The notes under the pieces: generated by a model
The model's input: the letters and a program-made list of their open reading frames with translations, nothing else
Told to the model about the DNA's origin: nothing
The model's database searches: none
Part shown: in pieces, positions 12,801 to 22,438 of the stretch
Numbering within the stretch: the stretch's first letter is position 1
How the letters are laid out: every line of letters begins with the position of its first letter
Assembly: GCA_963693365.1 (NCBI GenBank)
Contig: CAVNZM010000005.1
Span: 10,749,728 to 10,813,727, forward strand
Reading direction: 5' to 3'
Origin: Amoebidium appalachense
Taxonomy: Eukaryota > Protista > Ichthyosporea
Length of the DNA: 64,000 bases
Position numbers and translations under genes: made by a program

Positions 12801-15490
12801 CGTCAAGAATGCCGGTGCACCAGCAGCCCCCGTGCCCATGCGGGTGGATGGTGATGGTGATGGTGATGGTGATGGTGCCGATGGCCATGGCCATGGCCAC
12901 GATGGCAGATGGCCATGGTGATGGCCATGGTGATGGCCATGGTGATGTGCAGCAGGCAGCAGCAGCAGCAGGCACCGGCCGGAAGAGGAGGCACGGGGGG
13001 CAGAGGGGGGACGGCAGCCGCACGACGGTGGTGGAGCTGACGTTCGTGGACACCCTCAACTTCCTCACCATGTCGCTGTCGGACGCCGGCAAGGCCATGG
13101 GGTGCCAGGAGACGAAGGGCCACTTCCCCCACCGTGCAGCCACCTTTGCCAACTTCAAGGCCGGCCACATCCCCTTCCCCGGGCCCGAGGACTTTGGGGC
13201 CCAGGACATGAAGCCCAAGCAGCATGCTGCCTTCATGCAGTGGTGGCGGGAGGAGCAGGCACGGCTGCAGGGGCAGGCACCGGCGGGCACGTGCTACGAC
13301 ATTGCCCAGCAGTGCGAGGACTACTGTGTCAAGGATGTGGTGCTGCTGCAGCAGGTGGTCAAGGCCTTCATGTCGAAACTCATCGAGCTGACGGGCATCG
13401 ACCCCTTCACGTGCGTCACCCTTGCTTCCCTCGCCATGCACTTCTGGATCACGCAGGCCATGCCCAAGGACGTGGCCGTGATGCGTGACCAGACCATGGG
13501 CAACGTGAACAGCAGCAAGAAGGAGCAGGAGTACATCGACTACGTCACCCACGGCCTGGGGGTGGGGCCAGACGACGTTGCACGGCACGTGGCCACCGGG
13601 TACGACCCCCACGGCAGGGCCACGGCCGATGCCAAGGCCACCCACGACGACGGCACGTGCACCCACTACTTCTTCCACGGGTGTGTGTTCCATGGGTGCC
13701 CCGACTGCAACAGGCACGAGGATCTGACGATGAGGGTGGTGAAGAGGCCGGCCAGGGAGGCCTACGACAGCACCATGGCCCACGAGAGGTACATCCGTGC
13801 CCAGGGGCACAAGGTGCAGAGCATGTGGGAGTGCAGGTGGGACAGGCTGAGGCAGAGCCCCGAGGTCAAGGCTGCCCTTGCAGCACAGGCGGCACGGAGG
13901 GAGGGCACCGGCAGGGTGGCCCCCGTGCCCACGGGCCCGGTGCAGTTCCGTGATGCCTTCTTTGGTGGCCGTACGGAGGTCATCACCCGTCACATCGAGG
14001 TCAAGGAGGAGGACTGGCCGGAGGCCGGGCTCAAGTACGTCGACGTCACCTCCCTCTACCCGTACGTGATGATTGACAAGTACATGCCGGTGGGCAAGTC
14101 ACAGTGGTTCACGTCACTGCCCATCAAGACGGAGGACCACCCCACGGCCATCGTCACGGATGCCCAGGTGCTGAAGGAGAGGCTCGACAAGACGTGCCGT
14201 ATGACCCCCGGCTCCCCCCAGGCCAGGACCAAGGGGTACTTTGGTGTTGCACGTGTGAGGGTGCTCCCCCCCAAGGACCTGTTCATCCCCGTGCTGCCTG
14301 TGCGTATGACGGGTGCCCAGGGGTACGACAAGCTGGGCTTTGTGCTGTGCCGGGCCTGCAGCAGCAAGGAGGAGGCCCGGGCCACCTGCATGGACGAGGA
14401 CGGCAACCCCAGGGTACGTGAGCACACACTGTGCACACACACGGACGAGGAGAGGGCACTGGTGGGCACGTGGACGACGGAGGAGCTGAAGGTGGCCGTG
14501 CGTGATGGGTACACCATCCTCGACGTGTACGACGTGGTGCACTTCAAGAAACGCACCAAGAACCTCTTCCGGAAGTACGTGCAGACGTTCCTGAAGGTGA
14601 AGCTCACCAGCACCACCGTAGATCCAGCCGACATCCCCGCCCTCGTGCACCTGTTCAAGGAACACTACGGCATCACGGTGGCCGCCCACGAGTTCGAGCC
14701 CAACCCGGCCCTGCGTACCATCAGCAAGCTGTTTCTGAACAGCCTCTGGGGCAAGCTGGTGCAGAGGGCAGGGCTGGACACCATCGAGTTTGTCGACGAC
14801 GTCGACAGGCTGAGGCTGCTGGTGACGAACCCCAACCTGCTGGTGCTCGACGTCGAGCCCATCGGCGAGCAGAGGGTGGCCATCAAGTACCGGCCCAAGA
14901 AGGAGACGGCCCCACCCCCCTCCTACGCCAACATTGCCATCGGCACGTTCGTGACGGCCCATGCCCGGCTGCACCTCTACGGGGCCCTCCGGTCCCTCTC
15001 CCCCCAGCAGGTGGTGTACATGGACACCGACTCCATCGTCTACCACTACGACAGCAGGGTGCCCCACCTCAGCCACAACATCGACTCCACCAACGGGGAC
15101 TTGCTGGGCAACTGGAAGAACGAGACGTCGACACCCATCGTCGAGTTTGTGGGGGTGGCCCCCAAGACGTTTGCCTACCGCACCCAGGACGGCAAGACCG
15201 ACGTGAAGGTCAAGGGCATCACCCTGTCCCGCCGGGCGGCCGACATGGTGAACCTCCCCAGCCTGCGCATGCTGGTGCACGGCGAGCTGCCGAGTGTGAG
15301 CGTCACCAACCACCGGCTGCTGCGGGAGCCCGTGCCCGGGGTCCCCCACAACTACCACCTGGCCAGCAAGGACCAGCGCAAGACACAGTCGGGGGCGTTC
15401 GACAAGAGGGGGGTGTTCGAGGCGGCCGACGGCAGTGTACGCAGCTACCCCATCGGGTGGGCGGCACCGGAGGGGAACCTGCAGTTTTGA
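9871..15490 (+). pseudogene. polB: Protein-primed family B DNA polymerase with long N-terminal extension, split by 3 apparent frameshifts (~10920, ~12632, ~12908); true decay versus homopolymer/assembly error is unresolved
   Basis: Motifs lie collinearly over successive frames: putative OTU-like Cys (PNCAQLCL) in ORF 9871; His (LGHFTAI), CxxC fingers and ExoI (IVLDFET) in ORF 10880; ExoII (YCHNGSGFDFHF) in ORF 12673; ExoIII and polymerase motifs in ORF 12809. Confidence 0.8.
12809..15490 (+). CDS. polB: pPolB catalytic segment (exonuclease C-part, VSR-like insert, palm)
   Basis: FVDTLNFL, YCVKDV, FHGCVFHGCPDC, FFGGRTE, YVDVTSLYPYVM, LCRAC...CTHTDEERALVGTWTTEEL, KLFLNSLWGK, YMDTDS, KVKGI are Maverick/adintovirus-type pPolB signatures. 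Confidence 0.96.
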   Translation: MPVHQQPPCPCGWMVMVMVMVMVPMAMAMATMADGHGDGHGDGHGDVQQAAAAAGTGRKRRHGGQRGDGSRTTVVELTFVDTLNFLTMSLSDAGKAMGCQETKGHFPHRAATFANFKAGHIPFPGPEDFGAQDMKPKQHAAFMQWWREEQARLQGQAPAGTCYDIAQQCEDYCVKDVVLLQQVVKAFMSKLIELTGIDPFTCVTLASLAMHFWITQAMPKDVAVMRDQTMGNVNSSKKEQEYIDYVTHGLGVGPDDVARHVATGYDPHGRATADAKATHDDGTCTHYFFHGCVFHGCPDCNRHEDLTMRVVKRPAREAYDSTMAHERYIRAQGHKVQSMWECRWDRLRQSPEVKAALAAQAARREGTGRVAPVPTGPVQFRDAFFGGRTEVITRHIEVKEEDWPEAGLKYVDVTSLYPYVMIDKYMPVGKSQWFTSLPIKTEDHPTAIVTDAQVLKERLDKTCRMTPGSPQARTKGYFGVARVRVLPPKDLFIPVLPVRMTGAQGYDKLGFVLCRACSSKEEARATCMDEDGNPRVREHTLCTHTDEERALVGTWTTEELKVAVRDGYTILDVYDVVHFKKRTKNLFRKYVQTFLKVKLTSTTVDPADIPALVHLFKEHYGITVAAHEFEPNPALRTISKLFLNSLWGKLVQRAGLDTIEFVDDVDRLRLLVTNPNLLVLDVEPIGEQRVAIKYRPKKETAPPPSYANIAIGTFVTAHARLHLYGALRSLSPQQVVYMDTDSIVYHYDSRVPHLSHNIDSTNGDLLGNWKNETSTPIVEFVGVAPKTFAYRTQDGKTDVKVKGITLSRRAADMVNLPSLRMLVHGELPSVSVTNHRLLREPVPGVPHNYHLASKDQRKTQSGAFDKRGVFEAADGSVRSYPIGWAAPEGNLQF

Positions 15491-15954
15491 GTGGGGGGGA
15501 GGGGTAGGGGGGAGGGAGGGGGGTCAGTTAGGAGGTAGTCTAGCAGTGGAAAATTATGTGGTGTGTTTGTTAACTTAGCATTAGAAGAAAGAAAAATGGG
15601 GTGCAGAGTGCACGGGCAGGGGGGTCACCGGCAGAAGAGGAAAAAGATGGTGTTTTTAGGCATACACCACGTGCACCGTATGCACGAGGGGAGGCAGCCA
15701 ATAAATTCAGAGCTTAATGCAAAACCAAGCATGTCCAATGTGTCCTTCGGCAAAAGCAACACCAACACCGGAACCATACACGTGTACAAGGGCGGGAGGC
15801 TTGGCAAAAAGAGCAGGCACCAGCACATATAAAAGGCACACACGTGTGCACAGACACGTCACTTTTTTCCAACACAAAAACAGTCAACATCACGAATTAG
15901 GTGAACTTCGGCCGAAACACACACACACACACACACACTGACACGGAAAAAAAA

Positions 15955-16839
15955 ATGGACGAAGACACGTTGCTAAGTATGGTGGCCAACACCACGGACC
16001 CTGAGAAGCTGCTAGACCTGTGCCCCTTCCTCTACGACATGTACTGCAACACCACCACACAGCCACGGCCACGGCCACAGACACAAGGGTGCTGGTGGGC
16101 ATACTGCAAGGAGAGGGAGACGTGCACGGGGGAACACGACGAATACGAGCACGACGGAGGGGACCAGGAGTACGTGTACGAGGAGGGGGGAGGGAGGGGG
16201 GAGGGGGAGGGGGAGGAGGAGGAGGAGGAGGACTGGGTGTACGACGGGAGGGGGTGGGAGGGCAGCGACGGGGAGGGGAGGAAGACGTATGAGGGGTGCA
16301 CGGCCTTCTGGGACAGAAAGAGGTCACAGCCATACAGACACATTAACCACTTCAAGCAGCTGCTGCAGTCGGTGCAGGGCCTGAATGCGAGTATGGGTGA
16401 CATGCAGGAGGGGGTGGTGGCAGCATTCAGGGGCGTGCAAGGCATAGAGAACGCCGACCAGGCAAGGAGGGTGCTGAGACAGAGCAAACTCACCCAACAC
16501 TACACACGCGTGCCTTACATACTTAACAGGTTGTACGGGCACCCCCTCCCCAGGTTTACGTGCGAGCAGTTGGAGGTCTTGACGGGCATGTTTAAGTTTT
16601 GCTTGTCGTGGCACCGGAGACACAAGGAGGACACACGGAAGAACTTTGTGGGGTACCCCTTCCTGTTGGTGAAAATGGTAGGGTTAGTGCGTGGTATGGA
16701 CGCGGGAGTAATAGCCAGGCTGGTGCCCACGGTCAAAAGCAAAGTGACTAGAGTAAAGAGCGATAGGGTGTGGGCACGGCTGGAGAGGGACCTTAAAAAC
16801 TACCACATGCTAGTGGAACATAACATGTTCTGCCTGTAG
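15955..16839 (+). CDS. Poxvirus VLTF3-like late transcription factor homolog
   Basis: YRHINHFKQLLQSVQG...SKLTQHYTRVPYILNRLYGHPLP...RKNFVGYPFLLVKM...VKSKVTRVKSDRVWARLERDL follows the NCLDV VLTF3 pattern (Y.R.NHF; YY..IPYI; RKNFL.Y.Y.L.K; LKS..K...D.IW); ATG at 15955. Confidence 0.82.
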   Translation: MDEDTLLSMVANTTDPEKLLDLCPFLYDMYCNTTTQPRPRPQTQGCWWAYCKERETCTGEHDEYEHDGGDQEYVYEEGGGRGEGEGEEEEEEDWVYDGRGWEGSDGEGRKTYEGCTAFWDRKRSQPYRHINHFKQLLQSVQGLNASMGDMQEGVVAAFRGVQGIENADQARRVLRQSKLTQHYTRVPYILNRLYGHPLPRFTCEQLEVLTGMFKFCLSWHRRHKEDTRKNFVGYPFLLVKMVGLVRGMDAGVIARLVPTVKSKVTRVKSDRVWARLERDLKNYHMLVEHNMFCL

Positions 16840-16971
16840 GCGGGTAGCCAGGTGCTACCTGCTCTGCATTTAGAGACAACACTGTGCACAATAGAATGGG
16901 GTTGTGGCAGGCGTGGGGTGGTAGTGGGGGTGTGCCAGCACGTGCCCACACTACCGTCGACCCGCCCAGGT

Positions 16972-17163
16972 TTATTTGAACACCACAGGTGCCGTACGAA
17001 TGGGTCTGTTGGCGTTGACGCCGGACAGTTTTACGGTGTAGGCCAGGGGACGTTGCCGAAAGTCCCGTATGGTGGACACGTCCATGACATTCAGGTTGTT
17101 GTTCTGTTCCGGGAAGATAAACGGCCTCTTGCGTGTGGGGGGCCCGCCGGGGTTGAGCTCCAT
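16972..17163 (-). CDS. Small hypothetical viral protein (63 aa)
   Basis: ATG in ACCATCATGG context, non-repetitive sequence, co-oriented with the structural block. Confidence 0.45.
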   Translation of the reverse strand: MELNPGGPPTRKRPFIFPEQNNNLNVMDVSTIRDFRQRPLAYTVKLSGVNANRPIRTAPVVFK

Positions 17164-17202
17164 GATGGTGCTGCAGGCTGTTTACACTAGCACACACAAT
17201 AT

Positions 17203-17424
17203 TTAAAAGTTTTGGAAGGAGCTCTGGTCGGCGGCCACGGGCCACGGTGTGTAGGTGGGGGGTCTGGGCCTCATGGTCCCCCCTGGCCCCTCGACGACGT
17301 TGCCCGGGCCGTAGAACGGGCGGGTCTGTGGTGCGGGTCGGGCGCGGTAGGGTAGGGGTACGGGGAGGGGTGCCAGCGTGTGGGGCAAAGCGTGCATGCG
17401 CATGTGCTCGGTGCTGTGTGCCAT
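17203..17424 (-). CDS. Small Pro/Arg-rich hypothetical viral protein (73 aa)
   Basis: ATG-initiated ORF packed between neighbours in the - strand block. Confidence 0.4.
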   Translation of the reverse strand: MAHSTEHMRMHALPHTLAPLPVPLPYRARPAPQTRPFYGPGNVVEGPGGTMRPRPPTYTPWPVAADQSSFQNF

Positions 17425-17455
17425 GTCTGCCGCCGCTGCTGCCTAATGACGTAGA

Positions 17456-20240
17456 TTATTTGCCGGCACCCTTCTTCCTCTTCTTCTTCTCCTTGCTGGC
17501 TGTCTTGGTGCGGTACACCCCACGGGCAGACTTAGGGACCGGGCCACCCTCGACATACCCGGCGGCATGGCTGGCCGGCACAACCCCTTGCCTGTGCACG
17601 TGTGCACGCACGTGCGGGTGGTGTGGGTGCATGGGCATGTCCCCCCTCCCGTAGTTGGCATGATGGTCACGGTGCACGGCCGCTGCCAGCCCAGGGGTGG
17701 CTGTGGGTGAAGGGGCACCGGTGGGGGTGGGCACGGGGAAGCTCGGACCATGTGGCCACGTGGGGGTGCCTGTGGGGGTGGGGTGAGCAGTAGCCGTGGC
17801 TGTTGGCGTGTACGGTAGGCGTGGTACGCCAGTGTTGTTACCTTTGGTAGCAACCTTCAGCATGTGCAGAGCTACCCCCTTTGCTACCTTCTGGAGTTCT
17901 CCGAGGGTGTCACGGTTCCCCAACACGGCCTCTTGCAGGTTCGGGCCACCGCCACCAACACCGCCGTCAGCAATAGCCGGCTGGCCACCGTCACCATGGT
18001 GGCCCCTTACCACGTTGCCCAGAAGCTGGCGTGCTGCCCCCATGAACACCCCCCTCACGTAGGAGGCCACGGCAGGGTGGTCCCACCCCGTCTGGTCCTC
18101 CCTCACCCGCCTTGTGAACTCCTCCGGGCTCTCCCGCCCGAGCATGTCGAGGTGTTCCCGCAACCCCTGCCAAAAGGGACTCAGCACCCCCTCCTCGTCG
18201 GGTCGGGCGGGGGACGTGGGGGGTCTCCACACGGCGGCAGCACCCCCTGTTTGCGAGACCGCCCTCTTGGTGCTTGGGTACGTCGTCACGTCACCGTCAT
18301 AGCCGATGGCTGCTGGGGTGGGGCTGGGGCTGGGGCTGGGGGTGGGTGTGGTGGTGGTGGTGGGGCCGTCAATACCGAGGGGCAGGTCTGAAAGCTTCCC
18401 CCCTCGCACACGGTACTCATACAGGGCCTGCCTCGAGGCCTTGGGCTCTTCCTTCTTGAGTCCCCAAGCTACGAATTTGATGGCTTGGTACGGGGCGAAA
18501 CCCTGCAGAGCTTGATAATACTCGGGGTGTTTGTCCAACAACTCTTTCTCAAAGTCCCACATGGGCTCCTGGAACTCGTAATTGGCTGGTGCCAGAGCGT
18601 TTGCGACGTCCAAGAGCGTGACGTTGGACAAGGGTAGTTTCATTTTCCACACATCCAGCTCGTTGGTGGGCGTCGGTGTAGGTGTGACTGTGGGGTGGGC
18701 CTGGGACTCGGGCGTTGGGGGCGCAGGCACGAGGGGGAAGGCTTCGGCCCAAATTTGCAACGGCCACCCGCCAGACTTTGGCGGCCGTGGGGGTATCATG
18801 GCCGGCGGGTCGGGTCCACGGTAGGCAGGAGACTGGGGGTACGGCGTTGGTGCCGGTTGTAGTGGTGGGGGGAAGGGTATGGCCGGGGCAGTCGGCCTCC
18901 GCCGTGGCCCGTTACGACCCATGGGCAGGCCGGTACCGTTCCCTTTGGCGGGCGACTGTGGCGGGGGTTGAACCGTCTGCGGCGGGAAGGGTATGGGTGG
19001 TCCGTCCGGCTTGGCCGGCAGGTGGGGGGCCATGGGGGTCTGTGTGTTGAGCTCCGGGGGGAAGGGTATGGGGGTGGCCGGTTCCTTGGGTGCCTTCCAA
19101 TACAAGGACTCTGGCGGGGTGGGCATGGTGGGACCGGTCATATGGGGTGCCAAGACCCCCACATGGAGTGGGGAGGGGCGGTTGGGGTCGTTGCCGGCCA
19201 GGGTAACCGGCCGTGGACGTGGCCAGGCACTGGTCGTTGGCTCGTCGTCGTCGTCGTCGTCATCGGGAGGCGTGTGTAGAGGTTGTACCGGGGCTACGGT
19301 GGGTCCGTGGGCTACCGCAGGCTCCACAACGTCGACGTGCTTGCTTGCCACGGCCACCGGCCCGGGCAGTGACCCAGGACGGGTTGTGCTGGTCCGTGTC
19401 ACCGGCAGACCGGTGCCTTTCCCTTTGCCGGGCACCCTCGACCGGTCCGGCTTGGACGTCGGGAGGGGCCGGCCCGTCGAGGGGGGAAAGGGTATGGGTG
19501 GACCGTTGGGCTTGGCCGGCAGGTGGGGTGCCGTGGGAGTCTGTGGGTCAAGCTCTGGGGGGAAGGCCACGGGGACACGGGGCGGGGGAGGCACCTCCCA
19601 TTTCAGGGACTCTGGCGGGGTGGGCATGGTGGGGCCGGCCACATGGGGCGCCAGGGGCCCGAAGGAGGGTGCGGGCTCGTTATGGGGCCGGCGGCGTGGT
19701 GCGTTTGGGGCAGGGGTTTTGGGCGGTGGAGGTGGCTTGGGAGGTGGGGGGTACGGTATGGCCGGAGCCCGGCCTGGGGGTGTGGCCGGGACAGGTGGGG
19801 GGAGGGGGTGGGGTCGGCAGGGGGGCCACGTCGGGCAAGGGGGGCGGAGGTGCCCTAGGTCTGTTCCACACGTACGTGCTACCGTACTTGTCACCCAAGT
19901 GCTCATAGCCAGGGTGGTAGGCTACGTCTACCTTCACCACCTCCGGCAACCGACCACCCCACCGCTCCAGTGGCTGGTTGGGGTCCAGATATGTGTGGGC
20001 CTTCTTGAAAAATGCCTCAACCCCACCCCTGACCAACGCCTTGTAGCTATGTCGGAGTAGTGAAAGTTTGGGAGTCCCAAAGTACCCAACGGTGGTCTCC
20101 CGCCACTTGCCTGAATGCACGTCTTCCGGGTACTGGTACTTGACAGTGTACCTGCCCAGGGGCCAAACCCTACTCGTCTCAGAGTCCAAGTCATCAGCGT
20201 GCCCATGAGGCTGCTGCACGTTGGGGGACATGGTGGACAC
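17456..20240 (-). CDS. Large proline-rich protein (~930 aa) with an internal ~58-aa duplication and basic C-terminus; one apparent frameshift near 19800
   Basis: ORF 19680-20240 (globular N-terminus) appears to join ORF 17456-19906 across a G run; LAPH..GPTMPTPPESL.W...FPPEL..QTP.APHLPAKP.GPPIPFPP occurs twice. Confidence 0.65.
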
Positions 20241-20264
20241 GGTGTTGTTGTAAACTGGTGTTTA

Positions 20265-20642
20265 TTATTTCGCAGCGTACTGCGCCATGGGTTGCCGGGC
20301 AAAGCTGCCCTGGGGGTCACTGCTGTGCCCCACCCTCACGGGCGTAAAGTCGACATAGTAGGACTTGCTGTTGAGGGGGAGCCCCCTGCTGCCCAGACCG
20401 CTCCTGCCGGGCATGGAGGGCACGTGGTTGTCGGCGGGCAGGTTGTTGAAGGTAGGCAGCCGGCTGAAGGGCACACCGTACACGCCGGCCTGGAAGGTGG
20501 CGTCCGTGTGCCGTGCCCGGTAGGGGGCCGCGTAGGCAGCCTCGTACTCGGCCTCGGGTGCCAGCTTGTAGCCGTACACGGCCGCCTGCGTGGGTGTGGG
20601 CGCCAGTGGAATACCGTTGACGTTGGCCATGGCCGCGTTCAT
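20265..20642 (-). CDS. Hypothetical viral protein downstream of the MCP (possible virion core protein)
   Basis: ATG at 20642, strong C/G third-position codon bias, adjacent to the MCP. Confidence 0.65.
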   Translation of the reverse strand: MNAAMANVNGIPLAPTPTQAAVYGYKLAPEAEYEAAYAAPYRARHTDATFQAGVYGVPFSRLPTFNNLPADNHVPSMPGRSGLGSRGLPLNSKSYYVDFTPVRVGHSSDPQGSFARQPMAQYAAK

Positions 20643-20685
20643 ACTTGCTAGGTGGCCCACACAATTTGCACCTTTGAGTTCAAAG

Positions 20686-22425
20686 TTAAGCCTCCACCGT
20701 CACCTCACGGGCACCGGACAGCACCAGCACGTTCTCGTGGTGCACGAAGGTGTCGAGGGTCAGGTCGTCCTGAACCGTGGGTTCCCCGACCCCGGCGGAG
20801 AACTTTTCCGTGTTCAGGTGCAGCAGAATGGGGGTGGCGTCGGAGCTGGTGTCGAGCCCAGAGTACAGGTCACGGTCCCTCTCGAGGTCCAGGGCGATCA
20901 TGAACTGCTTGTCGGGCCAGGACGTGGAGTTGTACATGCAATCGGCCGTGACGTCACCCAAGAAGTAGAGGGCCTTAGCCAGCTCGGCCCATGCCTCGGC
21001 GCAGTTGTTCTTCGACACACGAATTTCGTCGAGGGGCTTCTGGTAGGGGCCTATCTTGATCTGGTAGCTCGTTATGTTGCTGCGTTCCGACCTAAACGAC
21101 TCGTAGCCGGCCTGGGCCCACGTGTTGCCGTTACGAACGAGGGAGAGCAGGGACTTGACGTTTCTCCCCCGGAACGAAATGTGCAGGTCGGCAGGGCTGC
21201 CCCCCTTGACGTAGCTCTGGAAGTGGGTGAACGTGCTGTAGGGAATGTACACGTTCTTCTCCATCAAGGCCTTTTCGAAGCCGGCCGTGTAGACGGCGTT
21301 CCACTCGATGATTTCGCAGTGGAGGACGGGGTTGATGATCTCGTAGGCGACGTCCTTGAGCCAATTCTCGTTCTCGGTGGGCACGTACAACACTTGGTTT
21401 GCCTCACCCAACGACAGCTCGATCTGCACCTCCCCCATGTACGACAGCGGGAGGTACCGGCCGGACCGCATGAGGCCGAGCTTGAGCTGGTGAATGTAGG
21501 TGAAACCGTCGGTGGCGTCGATTTGGGCCTGGATGTTGGCCTGGTGGGGAGGCCACTTGGCGGCGCGGGCGGTGTAGTCGAGGAAGCGGTCGGCAGGAAT
21601 GCCGTCCTTGCCCGGCAGCTTGTCGACATCGGGGGCAAACAGGGCCTCGTTGGGCAAGGGGTCCGTCCCCCTCGCCTTCTCGATGCCAAAGAGCTTTTTG
21701 AGGGGGTCGGGGTTGAAGCACGAGTACTGGGCGGCCGTGGTGGTGTTCCACTTGTCCGCATACTCCCAGTCGGCGTCCTGCGGGCTGTACGTCCCGTGCA
21801 TGCGGCCGGCGGGGCTGTTGCCGTAGTCGGCCGACGACAGGAACCGTTCCAGGTTGATCATCAGGTGGTTGTAGCCTGAAATGTCCTCGACGGTGGTGCC
21901 GTTGATGGACACACGGGCCCGTTCAAACGGTGCGGCCGAGGAGCAGAGGTGGCCCCCCATCATGGCCATCCCCTCCAGGTTGCGGACCTTGAGGGGGAAA
22001 ATGTCGGTTGCCGCCGCGTTGTTGTTGAGGGTGTTGTTGGCCAACGTCTCGCTCTGGGGCACGGTGGTGCCCTCGTAGTCCCTTATGGTGGTGTCGATCT
22101 CGAGGGGGTGGGCCAGCTGACCGGGGAGGGGGAACCTGCGCAGCCTCTCCACCTTCACGCCCACGTACTCGGGGGCGTTGGGCACGTTGGCCTTGAACTG
22201 GAACGTCATGTAGGAGTTGAGACAGTCCAGGAAGCCCACGGCCGGCAGGGAGAACCGAATCACGCGCTGCCCCTTTGAGCTGTACGTCGAGCCGGTCACC
22301 GGGTAGGTCTTGACCGTCGACCGGCGGTTGATGTGGCTGAGCTCCACGGGCGAGTACGTGCCGGCGTCCGTCAGCTTGTGGTAGGCCATGTTGAGGGGCA
22401 CGGAGGCGTCGTAGGGGGCTGCCAT
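20686..22425 (-). CDS. Major capsid protein (double jelly-roll, PLV type); alternative ATG at 22455
   Basis: ~580 aa; N-terminal VPLNMAY...TYPVTGSTYS...VIRFSLPAVGFLDCLNSYMTFQF, FERARVSINGTTVEDISGYN, YLPL and C-terminal FMIALDLE...SGLDT are typical PLV MCP motifs; next to the packaging ATPase. Confidence 0.88.
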   Translation of the reverse strand: MAAPYDASVPLNMAYHKLTDAGTYSPVELSHINRRSTVKTYPVTGSTYSSKGQRVIRFSLPAVGFLDCLNSYMTFQFKANVPNAPEYVGVKVERLRRFPLPGQLAHPLEIDTTIRDYEGTTVPQSETLANNTLNNNAAATDIFPLKVRNLEGMAMMGGHLCSSAAPFERARVSINGTTVEDISGYNHLMINLERFLSSADYGNSPAGRMHGTYSPQDADWEYADKWNTTTAAQYSCFNPDPLKKLFGIEKARGTDPLPNEALFAPDVDKLPGKDGIPADRFLDYTARAAKWPPHQANIQAQIDATDGFTYIHQLKLGLMRSGRYLPLSYMGEVQIELSLGEANQVLYVPTENENWLKDVAYEIINPVLHCEIIEWNAVYTAGFEKALMEKNVYIPYSTFTHFQSYVKGGSPADLHISFRGRNVKSLLSLVRNGNTWAQAGYESFRSERSNITSYQIKIGPYQKPLDEIRVSKNNCAEAWAELAKALYFLGDVTADCMYNSTSWPDKQFMIALDLERDRDLYSGLDTSSDATPILLHLNTEKFSAGVGEPTVQDDLTLDTFVHHENVLVLSGAREVTVEA

Positions 22426-22438
22426 GTTGGTGGTGTGT

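Noticed and set aside
9859-15358. Long antisense ORFs over pPolB (also over the MCP, ATPase and fibre genes)
   Set aside because: Shadow ORFs caused by strong GC3 bias on the coding strand
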